Source of the DNA: a virus
DNA length: 41,503 bases
Virus record (IMG/VR): IMGVR_UViG_3300029811_000005
Span: 1 to 41,503 of that record
Direction: 5' to 3' (one strand)
This document shows positions 15,614-24,097 of this stretch, one piece after another. Within the stretch, counting starts at the first letter, position 1. Each line of letters opens with the position of its first letter. Under the pieces are notes generated by a model that was given only the letters and a program-made list of their open reading frames with translations, was not told the origin of the DNA and ran no database searches. A program made the position numbers and the translations under genes.

Positions 15614-16888
15614 TCATCCGTCTCTAATCTTTATTGAAAACCATTCGTTCCAAGGCAGGAACCCTGCTTCTTTGAGATAATCGTCAAACTTCTCGCTGTG
15701 GTCGTAATGCTGTGGTATTTTGTGCTTAAAGTCGTTTGAGTGATAAAACCCTGTGCCCAGCTTTGCCTGCTTCCCTATATCAAGAAGGAAACTCCGTAAG
15801 TCCTCAATATGCTCTAGCACGGAAACCGCCATAATATAGTCGAACTTGCTATAGTCTGGCTTTCTGGTTGTAAAGGTTACATTCTTTAGTTTATGTTTCT
15901 TTTTTACAAAATTGGCGAAGTCTATCGCACACTTGTTTATGTCATAGCCGACAACTTTATTACCCTTCTTTGCTAATTTCATAGCTATCGCACCTACGCC
16001 ACAGCCGATGTCAACAATCCTCTTGTCTTTTAGTTTGCTCACTGGCATAAACCGCACATTCATATATGACGGTGCCATAATGCAGTCAATATCATCTAAA
16101 ACATAATCTTCATTATGTCTATAAAAGTCCTCTGGCTTGCCCTTCCATTCTGTGAAAGCCTTTGCTGTTGTACGAGAAGCACCCCTAACCTCTTTCGTTA
16201 TGTCTCTGCCAAAATACTCACGAGCATCCTCTAGGATTGTAGGAGCTACCGAATCCGTGTTCTTTATGGCTTCCTGTGCCCAGAAGATTTGCTTTTTCTC
16301 GTGTCCTAGCTGTATCTTAGTATCTACATAAACCTTCTGCCCGCTTGCCCTTACTTTATTACAGAAATCATAGTCCTCGGAGAGATATATTCTTTTCTTA
16401 ATATCCGCTCCGCTCTCAAAGAACGGATAGCACTCAAACGCACCGCCCTTATGAAGTAGTGGAAGATTCAGCTTGTCCCTCATTATCTCAAGAGCTTTCC
16501 TTGAAATACCCACAAAGCCCGTTGCTAGATAATCAATGTCCTCGATTCCCCCACCAATATGTAGTGGTCTATTAACATTATGGCTTGATAGAAACCCCGC
16601 TCCACTAACGGCATATAACCCTCCAACTACGCCGTAGCCTTCTTTTAACGCAGCAAGCAGATTGTCCAGATTAGCTTCAGTGAAGAAAATATCGCCATCA
16701 AGGAATATCATATACGGCTCATTCCTTCTTGCAAGGAAGTCATAACAGGCAACACTCCTCGCCCTTCCTATCGTATCGCCAAACATCAGCTTCCACTCAA
16801 AGTCATACTTCTTGTATAGTTTATTAACGCAGGAGATAGTCACTGCTGAAACAGAACCTAATTCAGTTGTATAGATTACAAAATCCAT
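15614..16888 (-). CDS. Bifunctional glycosyltransferase (GT-A/GT2-like, N-terminal) and class I SAM-dependent methyltransferase (C-terminal) fusion
   Basis: GT part: FLDGDIFF (DxD) and YLSEDYDFCNK. MTase part: IVDIGCGVGAIAMKLAKKGNKVVGYDI (motif I/II) and IMAVSVLEHI. Confidence 0.75.
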   Translation of the reverse strand: MDFVIYTTELGSVSAVTISCVNKLYKKYDFEWKLMFGDTIGRARSVACYDFLARRNEPYMIFLDGDIFFTEANLDNLLAALKEGYGVVGGLYAVSGAGFLSSHNVNRPLHIGGGIEDIDYLATGFVGISRKALEIMRDKLNLPLLHKGGAFECYPFFESGADIKKRIYLSEDYDFCNKVRASGQKVYVDTKIQLGHEKKQIFWAQEAIKNTDSVAPTILEDAREYFGRDITKEVRGASRTTAKAFTEWKGKPEDFYRHNEDYVLDDIDCIMAPSYMNVRFMPVSKLKDKRIVDIGCGVGAIAMKLAKKGNKVVGYDINKCAIDFANFVKKKHKLKNVTFTTRKPDYSKFDYIMAVSVLEHIEDLRSFLLDIGKQAKLGTGFYHSNDFKHKIPQHYDHSEKFDDYLKEAGFLPWNEWFSIKIRDG

Positions 16889-17037
16889 TATCTAAGACTT
16901 GGGTTAAAGCTAAAACTAAAAGTAGATAGTTTCTTCTCTACCTTCTTACTACCGCATTGTGGGCATCTCTTGTCCCATCGTTGAGACAAAACCTCAAACT
17001 TTAACTTGCAATCTTTGCAGATGTATTCAGCTAGCAT
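16888..17037 (-). CDS. FmdB-like zinc-ribbon miniprotein (49 aa; MLAEYICKDCKLKFEVL...CPQCGSKKV)
   Basis: I translated it by eye. The ATG at 17037 directly follows the upstream stop, and its TAA overlaps the ATG of the GT-MTase gene (TAATG). Below the track threshold. Confidence 0.6.
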   Translation of the reverse strand: MLAEYICKDCKLKFEVLSQRWDKRCPQCGSKKVEKKLSTFSFSFNPSLR

Positions 17038-17289
17038 TTAATAGTATTTCTTCTCTCCTCGTTGCTTTCTTCGCCTGAAGTCAGCGTAGTCTTTTAGTTT
17101 CTCGGCGGTTTTCTTCTTTTCTTCAGGCGTTTTCTTGATGTTCGGCTTTGCCCTTAATTGCTCTCTGGTCTTTTCTTCCTGTGTTTGGATAATATCGTGT
17201 AGTTGAGACTTATCCATCTTGTCAGCATCAGGGATAAAAACCTTCATCTCTTTGCCGTTTTCTTTTATATTCAATACTTTTGTAGTCAT
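17038..17289 (-). CDS. Hypothetical highly basic Lys-rich protein, 83 aa
   Basis: ORF track. Confidence 0.55.
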   Translation of the reverse strand: MTTKVLNIKENGKEMKVFIPDADKMDKSQLHDIIQTQEEKTREQLRAKPNIKKTPEEKKKTAEKLKDYADFRRRKQRGEKKYY

Positions 17290-17334
17290 AGTTAAATAGT
17301 GGGCGATGATTAGAGGCTCACCGCCGAAAGCCTG

Positions 17335-18111
17335 CTACTCTAGCTGTAGCATGAAGTAAACACTACCGTAGTTAGATGTGTTACACATAACTCCGTAGCC
17401 TGCTCTTTGTGGTGAAGTTGTGACAGCACCCGAAGTCTCAGTGGAAGTAATCCCACCAGTATTACCAAAGTACACATCTTTGTCGTTTGCACCAGAACCA
17501 GGCCAGGTAGCGATATAGTGTCCAACACAAAGCCCTTGTGTTTGTCCCCAGAAGTAGTAACCGTTAGTTATTACGGATACCTTCCGAAAACAAACAAAGG
17601 TCTCGTAAGTCGAGGCTTCAGCCTGTGCATTTACACAATTACCGTACGGGCTAGGTAAAGCATCAACAGCACCATCCGTTATAGCTACCGTTAGGGGAGC
17701 ATCCAATGTGATGCTAAGAGTTGCGCTTGTACCAACAGTAGAGCTTACAATCCTACGAGTCTGTCTCTCTGCCGTAGAACCACCATAAAAGTGTGCTACT
17801 CCGCCCTCATAGAAGTTTACAGGTCTTGCAGAAGCAGTATTGGTGTCCTTTATGGTTATGACAAAGTCTCCTATAGCAGCAGTATCGCCGCTAATGTCCA
17901 CAGTAGCCATATCACCATCTGCGTCGTCGGCTGCGAAGTTGGCATTGGCAACTGCATACTCAATAGTTCCTGATATAGCTGCACCCGCCTTACACAGTCG
18001 GTATATACTACCAAACTCGTCCATAGCAGGAGTGCCTATCATACAAGGCTTGTTCTCGTACTGTTTGTAGATTGACTCAGGACTCAATCTAGCAATAATT
18101 GGAAAACCCAT
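17335..18111 (-). CDS. Hypothetical capsid-associated protein (258 aa); possible decoration/auxiliary head protein
   Basis: ORF track. It lies downstream of the major capsid gene (one 57-aa candidate ORF, 18112-18285, lies between). Ser/Thr-rich C-terminal part (GGITSTETSGAVTTSPQ). Confidence 0.5.
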   Translation of the reverse strand: MGFPIIARLSPESIYKQYENKPCMIGTPAMDEFGSIYRLCKAGAAISGTIEYAVANANFAADDADGDMATVDISGDTAAIGDFVITIKDTNTASARPVNFYEGGVAHFYGGSTAERQTRRIVSSTVGTSATLSITLDAPLTVAITDGAVDALPSPYGNCVNAQAEASTYETFVCFRKVSVITNGYYFWGQTQGLCVGHYIATWPGSGANDKDVYFGNTGGITSTETSGAVTTSPQRAGYGVMCNTSNYGSVYFMLQLE

Positions 18112-18285
18112 TCATTTTCCTCCTGTTTTCGTTATTTTCCAACCTCGCCTTTGATAGCGAGATTTTGAATAAGGGTCACAAGGCAACCGTAGCTTTCGAC
18201 CATCAGGTAGTAAATACCAAGCCCACGGCTGACTGTCACGCAAGTCCATTTCCCATTCTATTTCGTGATACTGACCTTTATTCAT
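18112..18285 (-). CDS. Hypothetical 57-aa protein (MNKGQYHEIEWEMDLRDSQPWAWYLLPDGRK...)
   Basis: I checked all triplets and the frame is open. Its TGA is immediately followed by the ATG at 18111. Weak SD. It fills the apparent 180-nt gap after the capsid gene. Confidence 0.45.
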   Translation of the reverse strand: MNKGQYHEIEWEMDLRDSQPWAWYLLPDGRKLRLPCDPYSKSRYQRRGWKITKTGGK

Positions 18286-18293
18286 TGTTTTCT

Positions 18294-19190
18294 TTATGTA
18301 GCAACTGTGGTAGCGATAGTTCCAACTAACGCCACTGGTGCACCGTAACTGTCATCCAGCTCAAAAGCACCATAGTCGCTTGTCAACACAACTTCCCAAC
18401 CTCTGTTAGAGATGTCTTTTTCTCTCTCAACCAGAGGTGCTTGACTCTCCACAAATGCCAGAGCACTCTTGGAGAAAACTCCACCAATACCACAAGTTTG
18501 ACTATCGTGTGTTGCGAGAGTGATGTTGCCATCCTCAAAGATAGACATCCCGTTGATGTTCATCCTGAAGAAGTGCCGCAACATATCCGCAGGGTAGTCA
18601 AGGTCTTGTAATACAGTAGTAGCACCCACGCCAGCAGCAGCCTTAGCTGTTACCGCAACCGAGTATGGATGTGCAACAAGGCTTATCGGGGCTGGGCATT
18701 TCGCTGCCTTTGCCCAAGCAACAGCCGCAGTAGCGGTTACTAAGTCGAATGTCAAGGCATCATCTGAATAGGCGTTATCACTGATGTTTAGCCCGCCATG
18801 TAAGCCAGCTAACAAAGCCAGTAAGTCTTCGTCTATCTTGCGTTGCAAAGCATCGCCCATCTGTCGCCCTACAATTCGGAATACATCCTCGTTCTCTTGG
18901 CGAAGCAGTTTATAGGTTAAAATAACCTTTAACCCAACTTCGCTGGTAGTGAGGTCTGTAGTCGTCATGCCAATGTCCTCGCTCTCAACCAAGTCAACGC
19001 CATCCGTCAGGTCGTGAGCTGTCATCTGTGCAACTTTAGGCACGGTGATTTGTTTTTCACCCTGCTTGAGCCTGAATAGCTCAACAAGGTTTCTCATGAC
19101 AGCGTTGTGCTCAAGTGTATAGCGACACTGTGCTATGACAATCCTTTGTGCATCATCCAGATTGCCAGTAGTTGCAGTCTGAATTGCCAT
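18294..19190 (-). CDS. Major capsid protein (HK97-fold type)
   Basis: 298 aa directly after a scaffold-like gene. The N-terminal and P-domain-like pattern (LDDAQRIV...ITVPK...LTDGVDL...) is typical of HK97-like capsids. Call made by eye. Confidence 0.7.
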   Translation of the reverse strand: MAIQTATTGNLDDAQRIVIAQCRYTLEHNAVMRNLVELFRLKQGEKQITVPKVAQMTAHDLTDGVDLVESEDIGMTTTDLTTSEVGLKVILTYKLLRQENEDVFRIVGRQMGDALQRKIDEDLLALLAGLHGGLNISDNAYSDDALTFDLVTATAAVAWAKAAKCPAPISLVAHPYSVAVTAKAAAGVGATTVLQDLDYPADMLRHFFRMNINGMSIFEDGNITLATHDSQTCGIGGVFSKSALAFVESQAPLVEREKDISNRGWEVVLTSDYGAFELDDSYGAPVALVGTIATTVAT

Positions 19191-19209
19191 CTATTTTGTT
19201 CTCCTGTAT

Positions 19210-19965
19210 TTATTTTCGTTCTTTTAGAGCCTTCGTGTATTCTGCTGTAGAAATTAAGCCGTCTGCATACCGTTGCTCAATCTCGGCGAAAGTCCTACCT
19301 GCAGCACTAGGCCCACCAGTCTCAGATTTTGTTAATCCATAGTCATGCTTGAGAGTGTGTTGCAAGCGTTCCTCGGCTTCCTTGTCCCGCTGTGTTTTAA
19401 CTTCCTTGCGTAGTATCTTTAACACCTCACTGGGGTTTTCAAGATTCCACACCTTCTTCACAACAGGATGTTCTTTGTCCCAGCCCATATCCTCGATTAT
19501 TGACTGTGCTACCACAGCAGCTCTTAATTCTTCAGGGTCGCCAACGGGAGTTTCACTTACAGGCTTTGTCTCCACCTGCTTCTTAGATTCCTCCCGCTTT
19601 TGCCTGAGTTCATCAAGATGACTTCTTCTGGTTGGCGGAGGTTGCTCAATACCCTGCCCGCTTCTCATCTCTTCGAGATAATCAGCCTGCATAGCTTGAT
19701 ATTCCTCAATACCATCCAATCTGATAGTCAGTGAATCAAGGACTTCAGCACGCTTGCCTAAGTCTCGCTCTTTCTCAATTACGCTGGATTCTCTTCTTTG
19801 ACTTTCTTTGTAGAGGTTGTCGTATCGCTCTTTTTCTCTAGCGATTTGAGTTTGCAAATCCTCTATCGAAGGCTGAGTTTCTTCCTTTACTTCTTCAATT
19901 AGTGGAGTTTCCTCAACTACTAAATCAGTAGGTTGTTCCTCAGTCGCTTCTTCTTTATTTGCCAT
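19210..19965 (-). CDS. Scaffolding protein (acidic, coiled-coil)
   Basis: 251 aa, Glu/Lys/Arg-rich with heptad-like stretches, immediately upstream of the capsid gene. GGAGAGGAGG SD. Confidence 0.6.
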   Translation of the reverse strand: MANKEEATEEQPTDLVVEETPLIEEVKEETQPSIEDLQTQIAREKERYDNLYKESQRRESSVIEKERDLGKRAEVLDSLTIRLDGIEEYQAMQADYLEEMRSGQGIEQPPPTRRSHLDELRQKREESKKQVETKPVSETPVGDPEELRAAVVAQSIIEDMGWDKEHPVVKKVWNLENPSEVLKILRKEVKTQRDKEAEERLQHTLKHDYGLTKSETGGPSAAGRTFAEIEQRYADGLISTAEYTKALKERK

Positions 19966-19982
19966 TTTGTTAAACCTCCTCT

Positions 19983-20013
19983 CCAGGTTTGTGAGTTAAT
20001 CCTCACTTCCTGG
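19983..20013 (-). promoter_or_regulatory. 5' UTR hairpin CCAGG-aa-GTGAG-gattaa-CTCAC-aaa-CCTGG just before the scaffold SD
   Basis: Read directly on the minus strand. It could be an mRNA-stabilising or processing hairpin (inference). Confidence 0.5.
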
Positions 20014-20045
20014 AATATAAGAAACCGCCCATCGACCAAGGCGGT
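20013..20045 (-). terminator. Intrinsic-terminator-like hairpin ACCGCC-10 nt-GGCGGT followed by TTTCTTATATT
   Basis: Read directly. It lies about 50 nt upstream of the scaffold start codon, so it could be an attenuator or the terminator of the upstream unit. Confidence 0.45.
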
Positions 20046-20199
20046 AATCTTAATTAAATTATTAAAACCCCCTATAATTTCGTTGACAGTGGCACTTACG
20101 GGGGTTAGGACTACTTCTGATATATGTGTTAAGTTTTAACCCTTGGTTTTGATACCCTTATTAGCTTTGGATTATAACTATTTTCTTTCAAAATCAGGG

Positions 20200-20228
20200 T
20201 TGACATCAATGTTTAATTAAGCCAATAT
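20200..20228 (+). promoter_or_regulatory. Weak + strand promoter-like site: TTGACA (20200-20205), 17-nt spacer, CAATAT (20223-20228)
   Basis: Perfect -35 and a mediocre -10. The predicted start (about 20234-20236) coincides with the first G of the hairpin RNA candidate. Confidence 0.35.
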
Positions 20229-20233
20229 ACGGC

Positions 20234-20303
20234 GGGGTGCATATCTATCGGATTCAGCCTCTGCTGGGGGGTAGATGTATGTTAATCGTTGGATATGTGC
20301 CCC
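20234..20303 (+). ncRNA. Candidate 70-nt hairpin RNA closed by a 12-bp stem (GGGGTGCATATC / GATATGTGCCCC)
   Basis: The stem contains two G-U wobbles that pair only in + strand RNA (they would be A-C on the other strand). An inner CAGC-ctct-GCTG hairpin is present. It is followed by TAATTT. It does not fold as a tRNA cloverleaf. Confidence 0.35.
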
Positions 20304-20307
20304 TAAT

Positions 20308-20336
20308 TTGACAAAAGATTGAAATGTGGTTATGGT
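20308..20336 (+). promoter_or_regulatory. + strand promoter-like site: TTGACA (20308-20313), 17-nt spacer, TATGGT (20331-20336)
   Basis: Read directly. The ATG at 20343 lies 6 nt after the -10, so the transcript may be leaderless. Confidence 0.45.
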
Positions 20337-20342
20337 TAAAAT

Positions 20343-20507
20343 ATGGTGAGGTTAAAAAACGCCATTAAAGCGAATCCCGTAGGTTGGGGATTATTGATTT
20401 TCTTCATCACCTTTATTATACTGTCGTACATCTGGGTATGTGTTATCCCCCATGAACCAATAGCGTTTCTTCCTGATAAACCTGATTTTTGGTATCCCCG
20501 ATTCTAA
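20343..20507 (+). CDS. Possible 54-aa single-pass membrane protein (MVRLKNAIKANPVGWGLLIFFITFIILSYIWVCVIP...)
   Basis: I translated it by eye. It has a hydrophobic core of about 22 aa. It converges on and overlaps the stop of the 1197-aa gene by 4 nt. No SD. Below the track threshold. Confidence 0.35.
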   Translation: MVRLKNAIKANPVGWGLLIFFITFIILSYIWVCVIPHEPIAFLPDKPDFWYPRF

Positions 20508-23500
20508 AGTTTATGCTCCGCCTTCCATTTAGCAGAAGCCCTTATGTGCCACTTCTCATAGGCTTCATTCAAATCAGAGAAATTCTCTAACAGGTATTTA
20601 TGCTTCTTGGACATTCTATATTTCCCTTCTTCGGTAACTTCGTATAAATCGCTCCAACTTTGCCCAAATACTTGCTGGGCGTATGTGTCTCTTAATTCAT
20701 AAAAAGGTTCTCTTTCGTATGTTCGTAAGCCAGCTTCCTCAAAGAGCAGTATTTCAAGTGGTCTACTTGGCATCTCCTCGCCAGGTGCAGGCACCATCTC
20801 CTGTAACGCTATTGGCATCATATGTTCAACAAACAACCAATGTGCCCAATCTTCAGGCGTTTCAAATGGTTGCCCTAAATAATCCCTTCTAGTAATAGCT
20901 TCAGTCATTAACCCCGTTAGTGGGCTTGCCCTGTTATACATAAACTTGATGAAAGGATTGTCTTTACGGCTTAAACTAATAAAATCTTGCCTCTTATCTG
21001 GTCCATCTTCAATAACACTCGTAACTACATCGGCATTGAATCGCAGGAAAGAATAATAGAATCCACCTAATCCAACATTTCTGTTGCCAACCTGGATTGT
21101 CATAAAACCTGGATACCTAGGGTCAAACTGAACCTCTTGCCCTAAAGCCTTGGCAGTAGCGGCATACATAATCGCACCACCAGCAGCCAATTGTCCTAAA
21201 CTTCGTCGTGCTTCAGCCCCAACAACCCCCTTGCTACATAGATTGCCGACATACGCCATACAAGACCTGGTATATCTTGGTGCAAAGAACATCCAGCTAG
21301 TCTCCATCGCTCTCTGGGTAGAACCTAACCCTAATGCCTTAGTCTCCATAACCCCTGTCATTCGGTTAACATAAGTTGATAATTTCTCAACCTCGCCAGC
21401 TCGTGCGAAAATAGGTTCTAGTCCTTTAGCAAGTTCAGTTCTGGCTGCATCACCCCAGAATGTAAAGAACCTCTCAAAAGGAGAGTAAACCTTCGCTATT
21501 GGCTTCCCCACTATTGGAATCTTGGCTATCTGTGGCAACGCCTCATAATACTCAAAAGTTCCCTTCAGGATTTCAGGGTGTCGCATTCGTATTGCCATAT
21601 TATCAGCCTTGGCGAAATATCTATTGGCATTATTCGGATGAAACAGAACATCAAAAGCCATAACTGATGTTTTAGCCCACTTAGCAGGGTATCTCCCTAA
21701 CATAGGAAGCCCCTGAATAAACATCGGCGAGAAGTCCATAGCAGCAACAAGAGTCCTTAGAGTAGAAGCTACACTCTGAGTTGCTTTCCAGATTACATTA
21801 GGCTGCTTGAAACTAAACTCGTCCAATACCTCTGCTACTTCTTGTGGGAATAATCTTCCCCGAAATAGCGGATGCCTAGTGCCTGATTCAAACTTACCTA
21901 GTATATTACTACGGGCAGCCTTCAATGCTGCACTGTATTGTTTATCAAACCCATTGGCAATCGCCTTAGCAGGAGTAATCTCAGAATTTAATAATTTTGT
22001 TAACCGCCCAGCTTCTACCTTTCTTTCTTGTCCAGATAGTTCAAGAAGGTGCGTTATATCATCGCTATATTGTGGCACTTTAGCTTTAATGGCTTTAAGG
22101 GATACGGTAGGGATTTTCTCTCCACGCCCAACACGATTTATTAGGTTTTTAGCATATTCCAATCCCCTGACATTAAGCCTTGCTAAGTCTCGCCCCACAA
22201 CTAATTCAGTTGGAATAACATCAGTAGGTAGCCTTCCTAATATCTTCACATTGTCTTGAAATTCCTTCGTTGCTATAAGCTCGTTTGCGTGGCGAAGGAA
22301 AGCCTTGATGTTATCAATCGGGTCTCTTGTATAAATAACATTATTATCTATTGCTTCAAGTTGAGTTAAATAATGCCTCGGTTTCTCAAACCTCACTCTA
22401 GGATACTTAACTGCTTCCCCACTAGCCTCTCTTACCATCCTGGGGAAATATCCAGCACCCTTCTCATAGAACTTTTGGTCTACCTTGATGCCCCTTTTAG
22501 TTAAATTCTTGATAGCTGATTCCCTGATATGCCCCCAAGCCTCCGTAAGTCGCTTGGCGGGTTCGCTTAAATTCCACTTATAGGGATGTTCAAGAACATC
22601 AACAATGGCTCTGCTTGCGTTCTCATATCCCTTATTCGGGGCAAAGGCGTGCTGTATCCCTTTCGCATCTATGTTAAATAACTTAACAGCATTACCATCG
22701 GGAATATCTGCACGGAGAGTTGATTCAACGATACCCTCAACTCCAGGGCTTCTACGTGCAGTCCTGTCCAAATAAATAGCAACTGCCTCTTGTGCCTTCC
22801 TTGCCTCTAGTGTTTCTCTTGGAGTTATTGAAGGATTTATTAACCTAACGGCAGCCTTGCCACCAGGAACTCTAGCCACAGCATCAGCCATTTTCCTTTC
22901 CCAGTTTCTAGGGAAAAGCCTCTTGATTGTCTTTTCAGTAGATTCAATATTAAATATCTGATTGTAAAAGTGTTTATCTACCTTAGTAGTAACTACCTTT
23001 TCTGCAACCTCGGCTACCTTCCCAGCTTTAACCGCTTCAACTGTTTTCCCAGCTACTCTCGCTGCCCTCAGTGCTCTAAGTGCTTTTATCCCCTTTATAA
23101 TCGGTGGGCCTGGCACTAAGAACCATATAGGGTTGGAAATCTCAGCTACTAATTTCTGCGTTTCCGATAAATTAGCATAGGCAGTTGCTAATCCTTCGCT
23201 TGCCCCAAGTTCCTGTTGCGTAGCAGTAGTTCTAGTGCTCCAAGCAAAGTTTTGCATATTTGCATAAGCATCTAAGAACTTTTCTTCTTCAGGCGACTTT
23301 TCGCCCTTTGCGGAAATATACAAGGCGTTCATCCACATAGACCAAGGAATATCACCTGACCACTTCCAGAACCAATGGCGGTCTCCGCCTAATGTAGATG
23401 ATGGTAAAATCCCTAATTCTCTTTGACGCTCAATACTTGCTAAAACATCGGGGGGTGCTTCAAACTGTGTGCTTAATTCCTTTGTTATCTGAGGAGTATA

Positions 23501-24097
23501 TAACCAGGGCAATTCTTTGGCTGCCTCTGGTAATGGAACTTCCTCTGTTGGCAATGGTGGTAACATATTGTGTTTAGTTATCCAGTCCATCTCAGTCTGC
23601 AATGCCTTAGCCGCTTGAAAATTATTAGAACGCATCGCCTGCTCCATCTGCCGTTTCTTTAATTCCTTTTGAATATAAAGTTCATTCTCATTCGCTGGCT
23701 TATCAGGCGAAATAACCCCAGCTTCCATAAGATACTCTATGGCTTTACTCCGCATTTCTTGTTGTTGGGCTACAAACTGCTGATTAGCCCAACTAAATTT
23801 GGAGTCAACCTGAGCCTTGACATTACTCGGAGTAACGGGTATTCCATAACTTTCCAGTTGTTTAGCAGCCTTCCTACGAGCGGCGTGATAAAGATTATCC
23901 TTTAGCATCTCTATCCGTGCCTCTTTCTGGGCCATCAGTTCCTGCTGCTTCCGTTGGGCTTCCGCCTCAGCCTTTAACTTAGCTTCTAACTCGGCACGTT
24001 CAGTAGCCCTGCGCCCTTCAGCGAGAGCAGAAGCCGCTCCAGTGGCAGCGGAGCCTGCCGACCTATTTAGCCACGAGGTCATCTCCCACCACTTCAC
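20504..24097 (-). CDS. Large virion-associated protein (1197 aa); candidate minor-head/internal (ejection) protein
   Basis: ORF track. GTG start with an AGGAG SD 9 nt upstream. N-terminal Ala/Glu/Lys coiled coil. It sits between the portal block and the scaffold. I recognise no catalytic motif. Confidence 0.6.
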   Translation of the reverse strand: MKWWEMTSWLNRSAGSAATGAASALAEGRRATERAELEAKLKAEAEAQRKQQELMAQKEARIEMLKDNLYHAARRKAAKQLESYGIPVTPSNVKAQVDSKFSWANQQFVAQQQEMRSKAIEYLMEAGVISPDKPANENELYIQKELKKRQMEQAMRSNNFQAAKALQTEMDWITKHNMLPPLPTEEVPLPEAAKELPWLYTPQITKELSTQFEAPPDVLASIERQRELGILPSSTLGGDRHWFWKWSGDIPWSMWMNALYISAKGEKSPEEEKFLDAYANMQNFAWSTRTTATQQELGASEGLATAYANLSETQKLVAEISNPIWFLVPGPPIIKGIKALRALRAARVAGKTVEAVKAGKVAEVAEKVVTTKVDKHFYNQIFNIESTEKTIKRLFPRNWERKMADAVARVPGGKAAVRLINPSITPRETLEARKAQEAVAIYLDRTARRSPGVEGIVESTLRADIPDGNAVKLFNIDAKGIQHAFAPNKGYENASRAIVDVLEHPYKWNLSEPAKRLTEAWGHIRESAIKNLTKRGIKVDQKFYEKGAGYFPRMVREASGEAVKYPRVRFEKPRHYLTQLEAIDNNVIYTRDPIDNIKAFLRHANELIATKEFQDNVKILGRLPTDVIPTELVVGRDLARLNVRGLEYAKNLINRVGRGEKIPTVSLKAIKAKVPQYSDDITHLLELSGQERKVEAGRLTKLLNSEITPAKAIANGFDKQYSAALKAARSNILGKFESGTRHPLFRGRLFPQEVAEVLDEFSFKQPNVIWKATQSVASTLRTLVAAMDFSPMFIQGLPMLGRYPAKWAKTSVMAFDVLFHPNNANRYFAKADNMAIRMRHPEILKGTFEYYEALPQIAKIPIVGKPIAKVYSPFERFFTFWGDAARTELAKGLEPIFARAGEVEKLSTYVNRMTGVMETKALGLGSTQRAMETSWMFFAPRYTRSCMAYVGNLCSKGVVGAEARRSLGQLAAGGAIMYAATAKALGQEVQFDPRYPGFMTIQVGNRNVGLGGFYYSFLRFNADVVTSVIEDGPDKRQDFISLSRKDNPFIKFMYNRASPLTGLMTEAITRRDYLGQPFETPEDWAHWLFVEHMMPIALQEMVPAPGEEMPSRPLEILLFEEAGLRTYEREPFYELRDTYAQQVFGQSWSDLYEVTEEGKYRMSKKHKYLLENFSDLNEAYEKWHIRASAKWKAEHKL

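Noticed and set aside
20234-20303. 70-nt element with a 7-bp acceptor-like stem, considered as a tRNA
   Set aside because: After the closing stem there is no D-arm pairing, no anticodon arm of the right geometry and no GTTCRANYC T-loop. It is kept only as a generic hairpin RNA candidate.
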